DNA of 61,561 nucleotides, filler included, from Circinaria calcarea (Eukaryota): NCBI GenBank assembly GCA_051942165.1. It is 17 parts of 17 records of this genome, joined end to end, with 100 filler letters (N's around TTAATTAATTAA, not from the genome) between each part and the next. Parts side by side here need not be neighbours in the genome. Positions count along the whole stretch, not along the records: positions 10,914 to 14,447 come from JAVECS010002766.1; positions 14,548 to 18,081 come from JAVECS010002767.1; positions 18,182 to 21,713 come from JAVECS010002768.1; positions 21,814 to 25,344 come from JAVECS010002769.1; 13 more parts are not named here. One strand, 5' to 3'. Shown piece by piece: positions 12,997 to 24,024 of this stretch (position 1 is its first letter; each line of letters starts with the position of its first letter). The notes under the pieces were generated by a model. It saw only the letters and a program-made list of their open reading frames with translations, ran no database searches and was not told where the DNA came from. The position numbers and the translations under genes were made by a program.

Positions 12997-13757
12997 GGTG
13001 GGTGTTGGCGAGAGGGTCGGGGGAGAGATTGGTAGGAGGTGGGATACTAGGGGGTTTGTTACTTCTAACAGGAGGATGTCTTTCGCGTGAATCAGAATTC
13101 ACGTCGGCACGTGACCAACAAAAAAATCAAAAAATCCAATGCCATGGTTTAAGAACTCTCTATCGTATCACTTCACCATCCCTCCACTTGCACTATATGT
13201 TTCTTAGAAACCACCGCAGCATCTTCGTTATTCCCTCTACAGAAGCTTCAGCCAGATAGTTCGTCTCTCACAGAATGCAAGGGAAAGTACCGCCCATGGA
13301 TATCTACAAACATACGGTTGTCGGTGCGACAAATCTAGTATCCTCCACAAAGTACCTTAACTCCAAGGCGCATCTTCGTACTACCCGCAAATCTTGGATC
13401 GCAAGAATGAGACACCCTGTTTCCTGCTGTTTGAGGAATTTCTGACGTTCTCTTCTAGCGCCTCCAGACTTTCTCAGATGCGCAGTGTTGCTGTTCAGTC
13501 GCAAATCCTATCTGATACTCCAACGATGTTTCCATTTCATCTTATACCCGTAGGGCCCCTTGAATGATACTTTAATATCTTTTTAAGTATCTATCAGTCT
13601 TTGTGAAGTAGTTTATTTTAGTCTGGGCTATCTCCTCCTGACTGTCATAATACTGGCATTATTCTAAGACAGCTGTCTTTTTCTGAAAGCCTTCCCCGTT
13701 AGTAGCGCTTTTATCTTCTTTAGACCTTTTCAATTCGTTCGGGATAATGTGAACAGG

Positions 13758-14447
13758 ATGCAGCTAAAGCATCTCTTCTGCCATGTACTGATTGCCTCCT
13801 GGTTCATCCGCGGTGGACGCTCACAGCAGGCTGAGCATACGAATCCACCTTGGACAGAAACCGCAGGGAATTACTTGATCTACTCATGCGGTGCACAAAC
13901 AGATAAAGTCCGGACACTTGTCGAACAAACAAGAACATTCCTCCATGAAGCTGTCGCATCCACCCAGAGTACAGCTGTCCTTGGCAACAACCCTTATAAA
14001 GCGTTCTTCCGTGACGTCGATCCAAGTAGTGTGAAGAATGTTCTCTCGAAGATAGTAGCAGGAGCCGAAGTCTTATTCCAGGACGTACCCTATCACCCTA
14101 CCATCGTATGCGTAAACGAGGAACGGCCAGAACTCAAAGGTCAAATGGAAGTTTGTCGGATGCGCAGAGGAAAAGGAAAAACGATGTATTCTGGCAACTC
14201 TCAGTTCGTTTACCTCTGTCCGGGCTTCTTGACGAGGAAAGCACAGCCTGACTCGCATGACTGCGGGACGGTCGCGGCCGGAAAGACCCAGCTCCAAAAC
14301 TCCCAGATCGAGTACACACAGTACACCATACTAGTGCACGAGCTGGTGTATATGTATCTTGGGGCTCCAAAGTTGCAACCGGAGGTGTACGATGTGAATG
14401 GTGTAATGGGACTTGGTAGCACGATGTCTATCCTCAATCCTAGCAGT
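13758..14447 (+). CDS. Secreted zincin / M35 (deuterolysin)-like protein with altered HExxH, 3' truncated
   Basis: Signal-peptide-like start (MQLKHLFCHVLIASWFIRGGRS), PYKAFF, VYLCPGF, TILVHELVYMYL (HExxY), EVYD and terminal NPSS occur in the order expected for M35-like folds. Confidence 0.65.
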
Positions 14448-16974
14448 NNNNNNNNNNNNNNNNNNNNNNNNNNNNNNNNNNNNNNNNNNNNTTAATTAAT
14501 TAANNNNNNNNNNNNNNNNNNNNNNNNNNNNNNNNNNNNNNNNNNNNTGACGGCTGCTGGATGGGATATTGGCACGGCGAGCCTCGAGACGACCTCCGCC
14601 ACACGCATAAGCTTACAATAAGCGAAGGAGCCGAATCGGCAGATCTGCCCCAAGGCAAGTGATAAATCATGTTATCAGCATTACTCCGTCGTACGACCGT
14701 GTTAGTCCCGCGGCTGACGCCTGATATCAAATCAGGCACGCGTCTTCAGGGCGTCAAGTGTGGAGGCGGGTATCAGCAGGCAAAGGAACGGCAAAAACGG
14801 ATGCGCAGAAGAGGTCAAATCATGCAGGCGGGCCTTGTAGACCACCTCTCTAGTTTGGTCGACTGGCTTGAACTTGACTGGCTTGCCTGATCTGGCTGGC
14901 CTGGTAGTGACAGGTCAGGCACGGATGAAAATGCAGTACGCCGTGAGAGGATAAAGACTTCTTGGTAGCTCCTGTAGGCATACGGAGCACCTGTGAATTA
15001 ATCCGCCAAATTGGCTTGACGGTGATGTTACGATTGGTGGTACAGACGAAGAAAACGGATTCGACCGCCCACGTAGCGAGTAGGTTCGATGATCGTAGAA
15101 GCGGCCCATACGAATCGCCAACGTTGGACCTTTAGCTCCTAGGGCTGCTCGGTGGAGGCAAAATTCTATTTCCGATCCCATCGTACTATTCCGCATGCAG
15201 TACCACCGTCGAACATCAATGGAATGTTCCTTGATGGGCGCTAACTTTAGTCACTTTGGCTTGCACTGAGACTATCGTCATCCTCCTGACCGGTTCTGGT
15301 TATGGCGGATGGGTTCGCAATGTAGGATATGGTCGGGTTTCGGTGGGTATCTTATGTCTGATAAGATTTTCATTCTTCGTACTGCTATGATGACGCAAAA
15401 GTCAATGTCTCGAATCACTTTGCGCGCGGTGGGGAACGTGTGTAATGACTATGTGATCAGTGATGAGCAGTGTAGGCTAATATCTTACGAGTCAGTGCAG
15501 TGGGCAGTCACAAGAGCGGCGCACATCGAGGCGACAAAGGGACAAGGGGGAGGCGATTACAGCCAATCAAGGAGATTTTCTGGCGATTGGTGCATCAATG
15601 CTAAGCAGGCCATCCCTGCTGCATTCTGTTTGCGCTGATGGTGCCATTTATACGGAGCAGTTTAGTGTTGTATTCAGTCTATCGGATTGCTGCTGAGCGA
15701 TGGAAGGGGTGGTAATAAAGCAAACAGGGTGACCTTCGCGTGGCCGGATAACCTGCCGGAAGGAAAAAAACAAAACAAAAAAAAGGATTCTTTGTTATAA
15801 GAAGAAGATTTTGTAAACAGCCTTGGGGGGGAAGAGAGAGCGAGCGGGTCAAAGAATCCATCCGGCGGTACGGTCTTTCCAAAAGCTAAGGTAGGCAATC
15901 AATCAAAGAAATCGGCTGCATTGTTGGCCTGTCGTTTGCACGAAGCTTCCCACCGAAGTACACTAGAACTTCTAGAAGGATTCCATTGCTTCGGTGGCGC
16001 GCAAGCTACCCTTAGTCTGACTCCACTCCAAGTCTTCGGTTCGCCCTACTTGCGTCGGCCGGTTGCTGCAAGATTGATCCACTTAACTGACTGGTCGCGC
16101 CGGACAAGCAGGAAGCAAGCCCCTCTCAACGCACTTCACCTCGTCCCGCTACCACTGGCTGCATGGAGAAGAAAGTCTTATTGTCGTCGTTGTTATCACC
16201 GTTGTCCACAAATTGCAAGACTCATCCTCCCTTTACGCGCAAGGAGCAATCACAATTCAAGAATGCGAATGCGACCGCCTGCATAATCAGCTCACGTCCA
16301 CTACCGTTTATCCTCCTGCATGTCTACGTCGCAAATTTCATCCATACAGGGGACCAAGGATACCGAGCATCCCTCTCCACCGGAACTGCGGCCGTTGTGA
16401 CAAACAAAACAATCCACTATCCGCACTGCCCTCATTTCGCAATCAAATTATACCGTCAGCTGGCGCGAGACGATTGACAAACTGCAGCTATCCGTCATTC
16501 CTTTCTACGCAGCATACCGCTAAAGCCTCGTTGTTGTCGTCGTCGCCGTCGCCGTCGCCGTCGCCCTCTCTGCGTCACTCTTCCCAAAAGAAAACTCATC
16601 TTTCTTAGCAAAGGGTTTGAAGAAGTCTCGGCTGCCTGCTTGTTATCATACCACATCTGGGTTTTGGGTGAAACAGTGGTCTTCAAGACCTTCATGTTAG
16701 CCAACAAAGAGCAAACAATTTCGATTACGTACCAAAGTTCCAATTCGCCTCGCTCCGCATCCATAATCTCGTGGATCTCACTGCCCGAGAATTGGTAGAT
16801 GCGGCACACTCCAGCACGATAGTGAAGCACCTCGGTCACTCGAGGCACTCCGCCAATCTGGCTTACTCTGAATCCACCACCATCTACGAGATCTCTCGCT
16901 CGAATTGCAGGCGGCCTAGCAAACCGAGAAATCGCGCCTGGAAGAGTTTGGGAGTTCCACCCTTGAGACACGCC

Positions 16975-18030
16975 ATGATCGTCCGAAAAACATCCCCTCC
17001 CAATCTGTCTCTGTCGACACCTTCACCAGAGACCTCGCCCCATTGCTCGACCATTTTCTCCGATTGCGACGCCGACGACGAAGGAACGATGTCAGCTGAA
17101 GAATTAACACCTTCGCGGCCGTGTAGTGTGATAGGAGAAGACAGCGTCCTCAATCCGGTTGGACCTTATTGCCCTCGCAGACCTACGTTACGGGACGTAC
17201 TCAACAACACCGCACCACCGCCGTGGAGTCTGAGTGCCTTCACGGCATACCTGTCACAAAACCACTGTCTTGAAACCTTAGAATTTACCATGGATGCGGA
17301 ACGTTATCGGCAGAGATTTGATAAGATGACAGCACAAATGGCCGGGATGCCAATGACGCCAGGTACCAAAGAGTGTGACTACGTGAGAATGCGTTGGCAA
17401 AAGGTTATGGAAGCGTACATTGTCCCCAACGCGCCCCGGGAAGTCAATCTACCCAGTCACGTCAGAGACACTTTGCTATCTTTGCCGAACCATACATCCC
17501 CCCCTTTACCGGAAGAGCTCGATGCTGCTGTGAAGATCATTTACGAACTGATGGACGAATCTGTTCTAATACCGTTCCTTAACGATGTCTCATCTTCGAG
17601 AGGTCCCTCGGCTTACAATACTGTATGCAGTAATTCAGACGAGAACCTGCACATGCGGGAAAGCCTCGAGGAACCACTTCATCACAGCCGCTCGAGGCGG
17701 AGAGTATCACCACCGACGCACAATGAACCTACCGTCCTCTCACATATCTCTCTCTTCACTCACGGAAACAGCAAAGGTCGACTTTCGACGCATACGAGCA
17801 ACATTTCGACAGGGAGCGGAGATGGAATGCTAAGTGACGACTCGGGATCTCCATCGAGTCCTGGGAAGGAGCCAATGACACCCCCTACGACCCCTCCATC
17901 GAGTGATATTGGTGGCAGCAGCCCGCGCACCAAGAGCGATAATGCATGGAAAAAGATGATGGACAGACTAGGAGCGAAGAAGAAGTCTTCAAGTCGGATG
18001 CGACGTTCCATGGACGAAGGGCCCGGTTGA
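16975..18030 (+). CDS. rgsA: Regulator of G-protein signalling (RgsA/Rgs2-like)
   Basis: RRPTLRDVLNNTAPPPWSLSAFTAYLSQNHCLETLEFTMDAERY...YIVPNAPREVNLPSHVRD...IYELMDESVLIPFL is an RGS domain of the Aspergillus RgsA type. Intronless. First ATG is 16975; the track start at 16771 is GTG. Confidence 0.88.
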   Translation: MIVRKTSPPNLSLSTPSPETSPHCSTIFSDCDADDEGTMSAEELTPSRPCSVIGEDSVLNPVGPYCPRRPTLRDVLNNTAPPPWSLSAFTAYLSQNHCLETLEFTMDAERYRQRFDKMTAQMAGMPMTPGTKECDYVRMRWQKVMEAYIVPNAPREVNLPSHVRDTLLSLPNHTSPPLPEELDAAVKIIYELMDESVLIPFLNDVSSSRGPSAYNTVCSNSDENLHMRESLEEPLHHSRSRRRVSPPTHNEPTVLSHISLFTHGNSKGRLSTHTSNISTGSGDGMLSDDSGSPSSPGKEPMTPPTTPPSSDIGGSSPRTKSDNAWKKMMDRLGAKKKSSSRMRRSMDEGPG

Positions 18031-18181
18031 AGCGGCACGGCACGGCCGGAAATACCTGCCATATCTTGATTTCGAAATACTNNNNNNNNNNNNNNNNNNN
18101 NNNNNNNNNNNNNNNNNNNNNNNNNTTAATTAATTAANNNNNNNNNNNNNNNNNNNNNNNNNNNNNNNNNNNNNNNNNNNN

Positions 18182-18520
18182 CTGTATCACATCCATTGAT
18201 TAACAATATAAAACACGAGCAATACGATGGCTATACGTAGTATATGCGAGAATTAATTATTATAAAAAAAAAAGTATACGAGCGAAAGGTTTTCACTATA
18301 CGTTAAAACGCCAATTAAATAAGATATCGCCACCCCCTAACCGTAAAGCCTAACACCAGATATTAATAACACGGAATAAAAAATTAAAAAATTAAATATA
18401 ATTTATATAATAATATTACCTAATTATAATATAAATCCCCAAGAAGTATATTATTTATATTTATTATTATGAAAAATCGTTATGGCGCGTTTATTTAAAA
18501 AAAATTTATTGCTTAATCGG
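18182..18520. repeat. AT-rich, RIP-like degraded repeat at contig edge
   Basis: Very AT-rich and TpA-rich, CpA/TpG scarce but CpG retained. Abrupt switch to normal composition near 18520. Confidence 0.6.
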
Positions 18521-18647
18521 GGAGGGTGTGCAACTATGGTAATTGGGGTGTGCGTGTATGTATTAGGAGTGTGCATGCAGTGCCACCCCTTAAATTAACA
18601 GCTCTGGCTAATGGTGTTTTATAATCTTCTACGATCTGAGTCTTGGT

Positions 18648-21600
18648 ATGGCCTTTGTGAGTAAACCTGACGCTGACAGTGTTGCTTAAGCTGCTGAAGC
18701 TGACGTTAACGTGTAGCCTTTCCACCGCTCAAGAGCCAACTCGCGGACTAGCTCACCTGGTGTGGAAGATAAGGACCAGAACTCCCATGTCGACAACTAT
18801 CTTCGAGAACTTACAAATCCGGCTGCTCCGACTATCGAGTAAGTTGTGACACTGCTGCTTGGAAGAGGAGTACTGATCACGTTCAGCATTGTTGCCATCC
18901 ACGGTCTCAATCCCGGAAAAGCCAACCATGGCGAGCGCACATGGAGCAAGAACGGAGTGTTGTGGCTTCAAGACGAGGGATTCCTGCCAGACCGATTTCC
19001 AAACGCCAGAATCCTGCTCTTCGGTTATAACTCAAGAGTAGCCACTGGGACTTCCAATGCGGGTGTTATGGATATTGCCACAGCTTTGCTGAACAGGTTA
19101 AGAATCAAAAGGAGGGTAAGTCATCGTACCAATGAATAGCCAGTCCTCTCATCTGGTTCAGGATGATCCGCAGAGGCCTATCGTGTTCTTGTGTCACAGT
19201 CTTGGTGGTATTATTGTAAAGCAGGTCTGTAAACATCATTAACTCTCCAACATCATTCTGACATGTCAAGGCACTTGTCCGAGCTATGCATGGCATTGCC
19301 TACGAATCGATACACCGGTCGACAAGAGCTATTGCATTCTTTGGAACGCCACACCGGGGAGGCAATCGTGCAGATCTAGGGAGAATCCTTGCTTCCATCG
19401 CTGTTCATTTAACTGGAAGTGTCAAGAACAACTTCTTGGAGACTTTGCAAAAGAATTCGACTGGCGCTGCTGATATTCACGAGCTTTTCAAGGAACAAGC
19501 CCAAGGATATCGGATAGTCTCGTTCTATGAGACGTTACCATTCAAGCCTGGCTTCGGGCTGGTAAGTTATTCAAGTCTTCAGAATTGGATACGAGCCCTT
19601 ACTGTCTACACAGATCGTGGACAAGGTGTCGGCAACCCTTGGTCTGCCCGACTCTGCTGAAATCAGCGTGGCAGTCGCTGCAAATCATAGTGATATCTGC
19701 AAGTTCGACAGGAGAGATCCCACATATGAACTTGTTATTGAGAACATTGCAGATCTTGTCCAGCACGCTCTACAAACCCCCCCGAAATGGTACACAGTTG
19801 TTGACCCCCACAATCTCTTTAATAGATTCTGAGAACCGGCAAAGAACACTTTCGGTTGGATCCTTCCAGAGTACCGGAAGTTTCGAATCATCTGATTCCA
19901 CCAGATCTTCATCGAGAAGTAGTGGCCAGTATGGGATGCCAACGTTTCAGGACATCGAGTCAGGCAATTCTTATCCGAACACAGCAACGGGTAGCACGCC
20001 CACCTCTCCTGTGTTCATCCTACCTTATAGTAGCAATCCAGATTTCATCGGCCGAGACAGAATCTTCAATACTATTAAAGACTCTTTGGGCTCAACTACC
20101 ACTGGGCAAAGGAGAGTTGCATTATATGGCCTTGGTGGAGTAGGGTAAGATACGTCTCAATTATTATTTAACAGGACATTTTCTGACAAGCGTATAGAAA
20201 GTCTCAGATTGCTATTAGATACGCCTATTGGTATAAACAAAACTTTCCAGATCATTCGATCTTCTGGATACACTGTGGCACGGTTGATCGATTTCGGCAA
20301 GGACTAATTGATATTGGCACTGAATGTCACGTTGCTGGTTTTGCCGATCGCAACAATAACCGGCTTCTACTATTGAAAGACTGGCTACAACGCGAGACTG
20401 ACTTCAAATGGCTTATGATACTTGATAATGCAGATGATCCAACCATCTTTCGAGATGCACAAGATCTCGGCGAATCAAGCCAACTTCAGGTTGATCTGTC
20501 TTTATATATTCCAAATTGTGAGCATGGCTCTATTCTGATCACCACGAGAGATTTTATCGTAGGAAGACGGCTGGCCAATGGAAGGTCTCCGTTGCAAATC
20601 AAAAAAATGTCAGGAGAGGAGGCTGTTATAATGCTCAAAACCAGACTATCAACAAGATGTGAAGCATCGCCTATCATACCAGCTACGCCTACTTCGTACC
20701 AGCAACCCGTCTATGACACTGATCTTCTTCGGCTTGCACAATCTCTCGATTACTTGCCGCTTGCAATGGTACAGGCAGCAGGGTTTATTACGGAAAACGC
20801 CATCTCAGTTGGCCGCTATATAGAGCTATTCGAGGACGACGCTTCGGCTGTAAAGCTTCTCAATCACAACGTAGAAGAGACGGGCCGAGATTCAGATATC
20901 CCAAGCTCAGTATATGCTACCTGGAAATTATCGATTGAGCAAATCCAAGAAGCGTATCCGAAGTCCGCTGGGTTGATCTTTTTGATGGCACATTATGAGC
21001 AGTCACAAATACCTACACCACTACTCAAGCATTATGTGGGTCATGATGCTGTGGAGTTTACCACCATTACTGGGCTCTTATTAAGATTCTCACTGATTGC
21101 CGGTGGGCGTGATGCGACATATAATATGCACCGGTTAGTTCAGCTCATTGTGAAGCAATGGTTAGCAGCTTCGGGATCTGCTGCAGAATGGCAAAGCAAA
21201 GCGCTTCACTTATTATCCAGCCACTTTCCCAGTGGTGAGTTCAAGACCTGGGTGGTATGTGCTTCGCTCGAATCTCACGCTGTCAAAATGATCCACACGC
21301 CCGCAATCAAGGACGCAGACAGATCACACCTTGGGACATTGCAGATAAACCTTGCGTGGTATTACTCCAATCGAGGCCGTTGGAGTAGTGCAGAAGAATA
21401 TGCTAGAGCTGCTTGCATCACATTCCAAGAGGCCCACGGACTCCTGCACCGCGAGACTCTCGCTGCCCAAACGAAGTTCGCGTACATCCTGAAGCAGAAT
21501 AACATGTTGGAGGAAGCGGAAATGGTTATCAAGCAGACCGTACACAAGAGTAAAGCACTGCTTGGCTCTAAAGACCGGCAGTACTTCGATGCTTTGGATC

Positions 21601-21713
21601 TTTTCGCCCTTATTGCGCAAACCCGTGGAACGCTCGCCGTGGCAGAGAAAGCTTCTCGAAAAGCTTTATCCGGACGTGAGAAATTCTTAGGACCACATGA
21701 TCCAAGTGTGTTT
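18648..21713 (+). CDS. Fungal NLR: SesB-like alpha/beta-hydrolase - NB-ARC - TPR, multi-exon, 3' truncated
   Basis: Spliced MAF|PFHRS...PTI D IVAIHGLN, LPDRFPNARILLFGYNS, PIVFLCHSLGGIIVKQ|AL, FFGTPHRG, FYET, ANHSDICKF. Then NPDFIGR, Walker A GLGGVG|KS across an intron, Walker B WLMILDNAD, ILITTR, LPLAMVQA, MHRLVQ, and TPR-like repeats (LHRETL, LGPHDP). Confidence 0.92.
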
Positions 21714-21813
21714 NNNNNNNNNNNNNNNNNNNNNNNNNNNNNNNNNNNNNNNNNNNNTTAATTAATTAANNNNNNNNNNNNNNNNNNNNNNNNNNNNNNN
21801 NNNNNNNNNNNNN

Positions 21814-24024
21814 GGTCTCTGTAACGAGAAACATCCTTGTATGACGGTCACGAATGCTTCAACTGCACACATCACCGCTGAAACAGACAAGATGGTGAAT
21901 CATATCGGAGAGAAGCAGATTTCCGGTCTACTTGATCAAATTACAAAGAACAAGGAAATCACACTCGAAGAGATCATCCACAAAGACTTCCTCTATGGAC
22001 GCGAGTCGAGATTCGACGGAGTGGTCGCTCGCGTCATTGCTCCCAAGGAGAAGATGAGTTCGGAAGAGCTTGCTGGTTATCTTTTCGACTCATGGAAGTT
22101 GATGGCGACTGATAAGAAACCAACTGCAATTCGCGCTGTCAAGGCACAGACAGATGGAAAACCAGTTGAGCTCATGTCTTTTTGCTTGTACCCTGATAAT
22201 TCCGATAAGGACGAGGCGAAGAATTTCTGTTTGGGTCGGGACGATGCTTCGAAGATGCCAAAGAAGGGTGCGAAGAAAAATGATGATAAGAAGAAGGACG
22301 ACGAGAAGAAAGATGGGAAGGAGGAGGATGGCAAGAAGGAGGAGAAGAAGAAAAAGAATGAGAAGGAAAAAGATGGGAAGAAGGAAAAGGAAGAAGTAGA
22401 GGGTGACGGGAAGGCGGAAGAAGATAAAAAAGACAAACGCAAACGTGAAGCTACTGCTGAGGCTAACATAGAGGCAATCAAATATGGTCATATTGGGGTT
22501 GTTCAAACACCAGTTTTGGGGGATACTCAAATGGGTCGCATGGGTGAGGCTCCAACTGCTCTTCTTCAGAGAGAGGCCACAGCCAACGCCCTCGCAGAGC
22601 CTATCGATTGGAAGAAAGTCAGCCATGGAGCTGAAGGTGTCGCCTGTACTGTTGGCGGACTCGTTCCAGGGGTCGGCCTCCTTGTCGACGGTGTCTGCCT
22701 AGCAGGAGCTGCCCTTCGGCACCACAAGGCCAATCACAAACGAGACGCCGATCCGAGCTTGTTTAGTTTTATCGGGAAAGCTGGAAGGGCACTTTTTAAA
22801 GAATCCCCGGACCTAATATCCTCGGTTGGTGGCGTTGCAAATCAAGCCAAGGCTAACCACGATACAAAGAAAGCACAACAGCAGCAACAGAAACAACAGA
22901 AACCGCAGGGTGGCAAGCGTTCTGCAATTGCCAAGGCGGAAGCCGAGATACTTCAAAAGCGGGAGGCATTAGCTAATGCATTGGCCGCAGCGGATCCTAA
23001 GGTTTTGGCTACTCTGAGGAAATATAGTGGAAAGATCTCGGCGGATGTGGTCGGAGGAGGCCCTGATCGACCCCAACAGCCTCCTTCTCCTTACAAGCGT
23101 GATCTCAACGCGTTTCTCAAACAACGATCCAAGAATTCTCGCCCTGCAAACCCTCAAGGTGCTCCGAGTACTGGTGCAGCACGTCGTGGCCTTGCAAAGC
23201 GTGCGCTCCTTCAACGAGAGTTAGCTACCCGAGATGTGGAATATCTTGTCGCCCGCGACCCAAACGTCAAGTCGTTCATCAACGGTATTGGCGACATGCT
23301 CAGTAGCGTCGTCAAGCGTGATGGTACTGAGATATCTGCTCGCGACATTCAGCGCGCAATCAGTAATCCATCATTCAAATCCTTTTTCAAAGAACGAGGC
23401 AACTACATCAAGCGCGATGGTACCGAGATCTCTGCTCGCGACCTACTACTGATAGCTCGCGATCCATTGATCCAGACTCTCTCCAAGAAGAGTGCCCTAA
23501 GTACCTTCATTAAGCGCGCTCAGAAGGGTGAAAAAGGATTGGGCGAACATCATATCCGCGCGCTCGCTTCTCAAATCGCCAGTGAGGCACAACAGCATCG
23601 TAGGGGCTATAGAAAGCAAGGACAGAAGAACTATGAACAGAGGAAGCCTAAGCACGGGACCCACCAGCAAGGAGGAGAAGCTAGCAAAAATGCGGCCAAG
23701 ATGGCTGGTGCTGCTACAAATGGTGGCTCACCCGTAGGCGCTCCTGCACCTCTCCCTGCCGGTGCTCCAGTCACTGGTGCTGGTGGCTCCGGTCCTGAAA
23801 GTGCCGGTGCTATCCCCGCTCCCGGAGCTGCTCCTCAGGCTGCTGCCGGCGCCGCCCCTAAAGAAGCCACCCTTGGTGCCCGAAGCGGCAACAGCACTGT
23901 CAAGGTCGAGAAGAGAGACGAGCCGAAACCCGAATCGAGCGTCTGCAAAACCGGAAAGCAGATCCCCATTTTTGGGGCTCTGATTGATTCGGGATGCAAG
24001 GCTGTAAGGAGCCTCATTGGGTAA
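21814..24024 (+). CDS. Putative Kex2-processed multi-peptide precursor (KEP-like polyprotein), 5' truncated, >736 aa
   Basis: Open from the contig edge (GLCNEKHPCM...). About 10 KR sites, several followed by X-A/X-P dipeptide runs (KREATAEA, KRDADP, KREALANALAAADP, KRDEPKP), plus ARD sites and an internal KRDGTEISARD duplication. Signal peptide not visible because of truncation. Confidence 0.75.
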   Translation, partial: GLCNEKHPCMTVTNASTAHITAETDKMVNHIGEKQISGLLDQITKNKEITLEEIIHKDFLYGRESRFDGVVARVIAPKEKMSSEELAGYLFDSWKLMATDKKPTAIRAVKAQTDGKPVELMSFCLYPDNSDKDEAKNFCLGRDDASKMPKKGAKKNDDKKKDDEKKDGKEEDGKKEEKKKKNEKEKDGKKEKEEVEGDGKAEEDKKDKRKREATAEANIEAIKYGHIGVVQTPVLGDTQMGRMGEAPTALLQREATANALAEPIDWKKVSHGAEGVACTVGGLVPGVGLLVDGVCLAGAALRHHKANHKRDADPSLFSFIGKAGRALFKESPDLISSVGGVANQAKANHDTKKAQQQQQKQQKPQGGKRSAIAKAEAEILQKREALANALAAADPKVLATLRKYSGKISADVVGGGPDRPQQPPSPYKRDLNAFLKQRSKNSRPANPQGAPSTGAARRGLAKRALLQRELATRDVEYLVARDPNVKSFINGIGDMLSSVVKRDGTEISARDIQRAISNPSFKSFFKERGNYIKRDGTEISARDLLLIARDPLIQTLSKKSALSTFIKRAQKGEKGLGEHHIRALASQIASEAQQHRRGYRKQGQKNYEQRKPKHGTHQQGGEASKNAAKMAGAATNGGSPVGAPAPLPAGAPVTGAGGSGPESAGAIPAPGAAPQAAAGAAPKEATLGARSGNSTVKVEKRDEPKPESSVCKTGKQIPIFGALIDSGCKAVRSLIG

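Noticed and set aside
16530..16566. (GTCGCC)n tract; also (GGCGAAG)n near 40979-41006 and (GAT)n near 56326-56345
   Set aside because: Ordinary simple-sequence repeats.
19830..20010. Amyloid signalling motif in the S/G/T-rich NLR linker
   Set aside because: No HRAM, PP or sigma-like pattern discernible; looks like an ordinary disordered linker.
18648..24024. NLR adjacent to the peptide precursor as a toxin/sensor pair
   Set aside because: Separated by the artificial spacer at 21714-21813.
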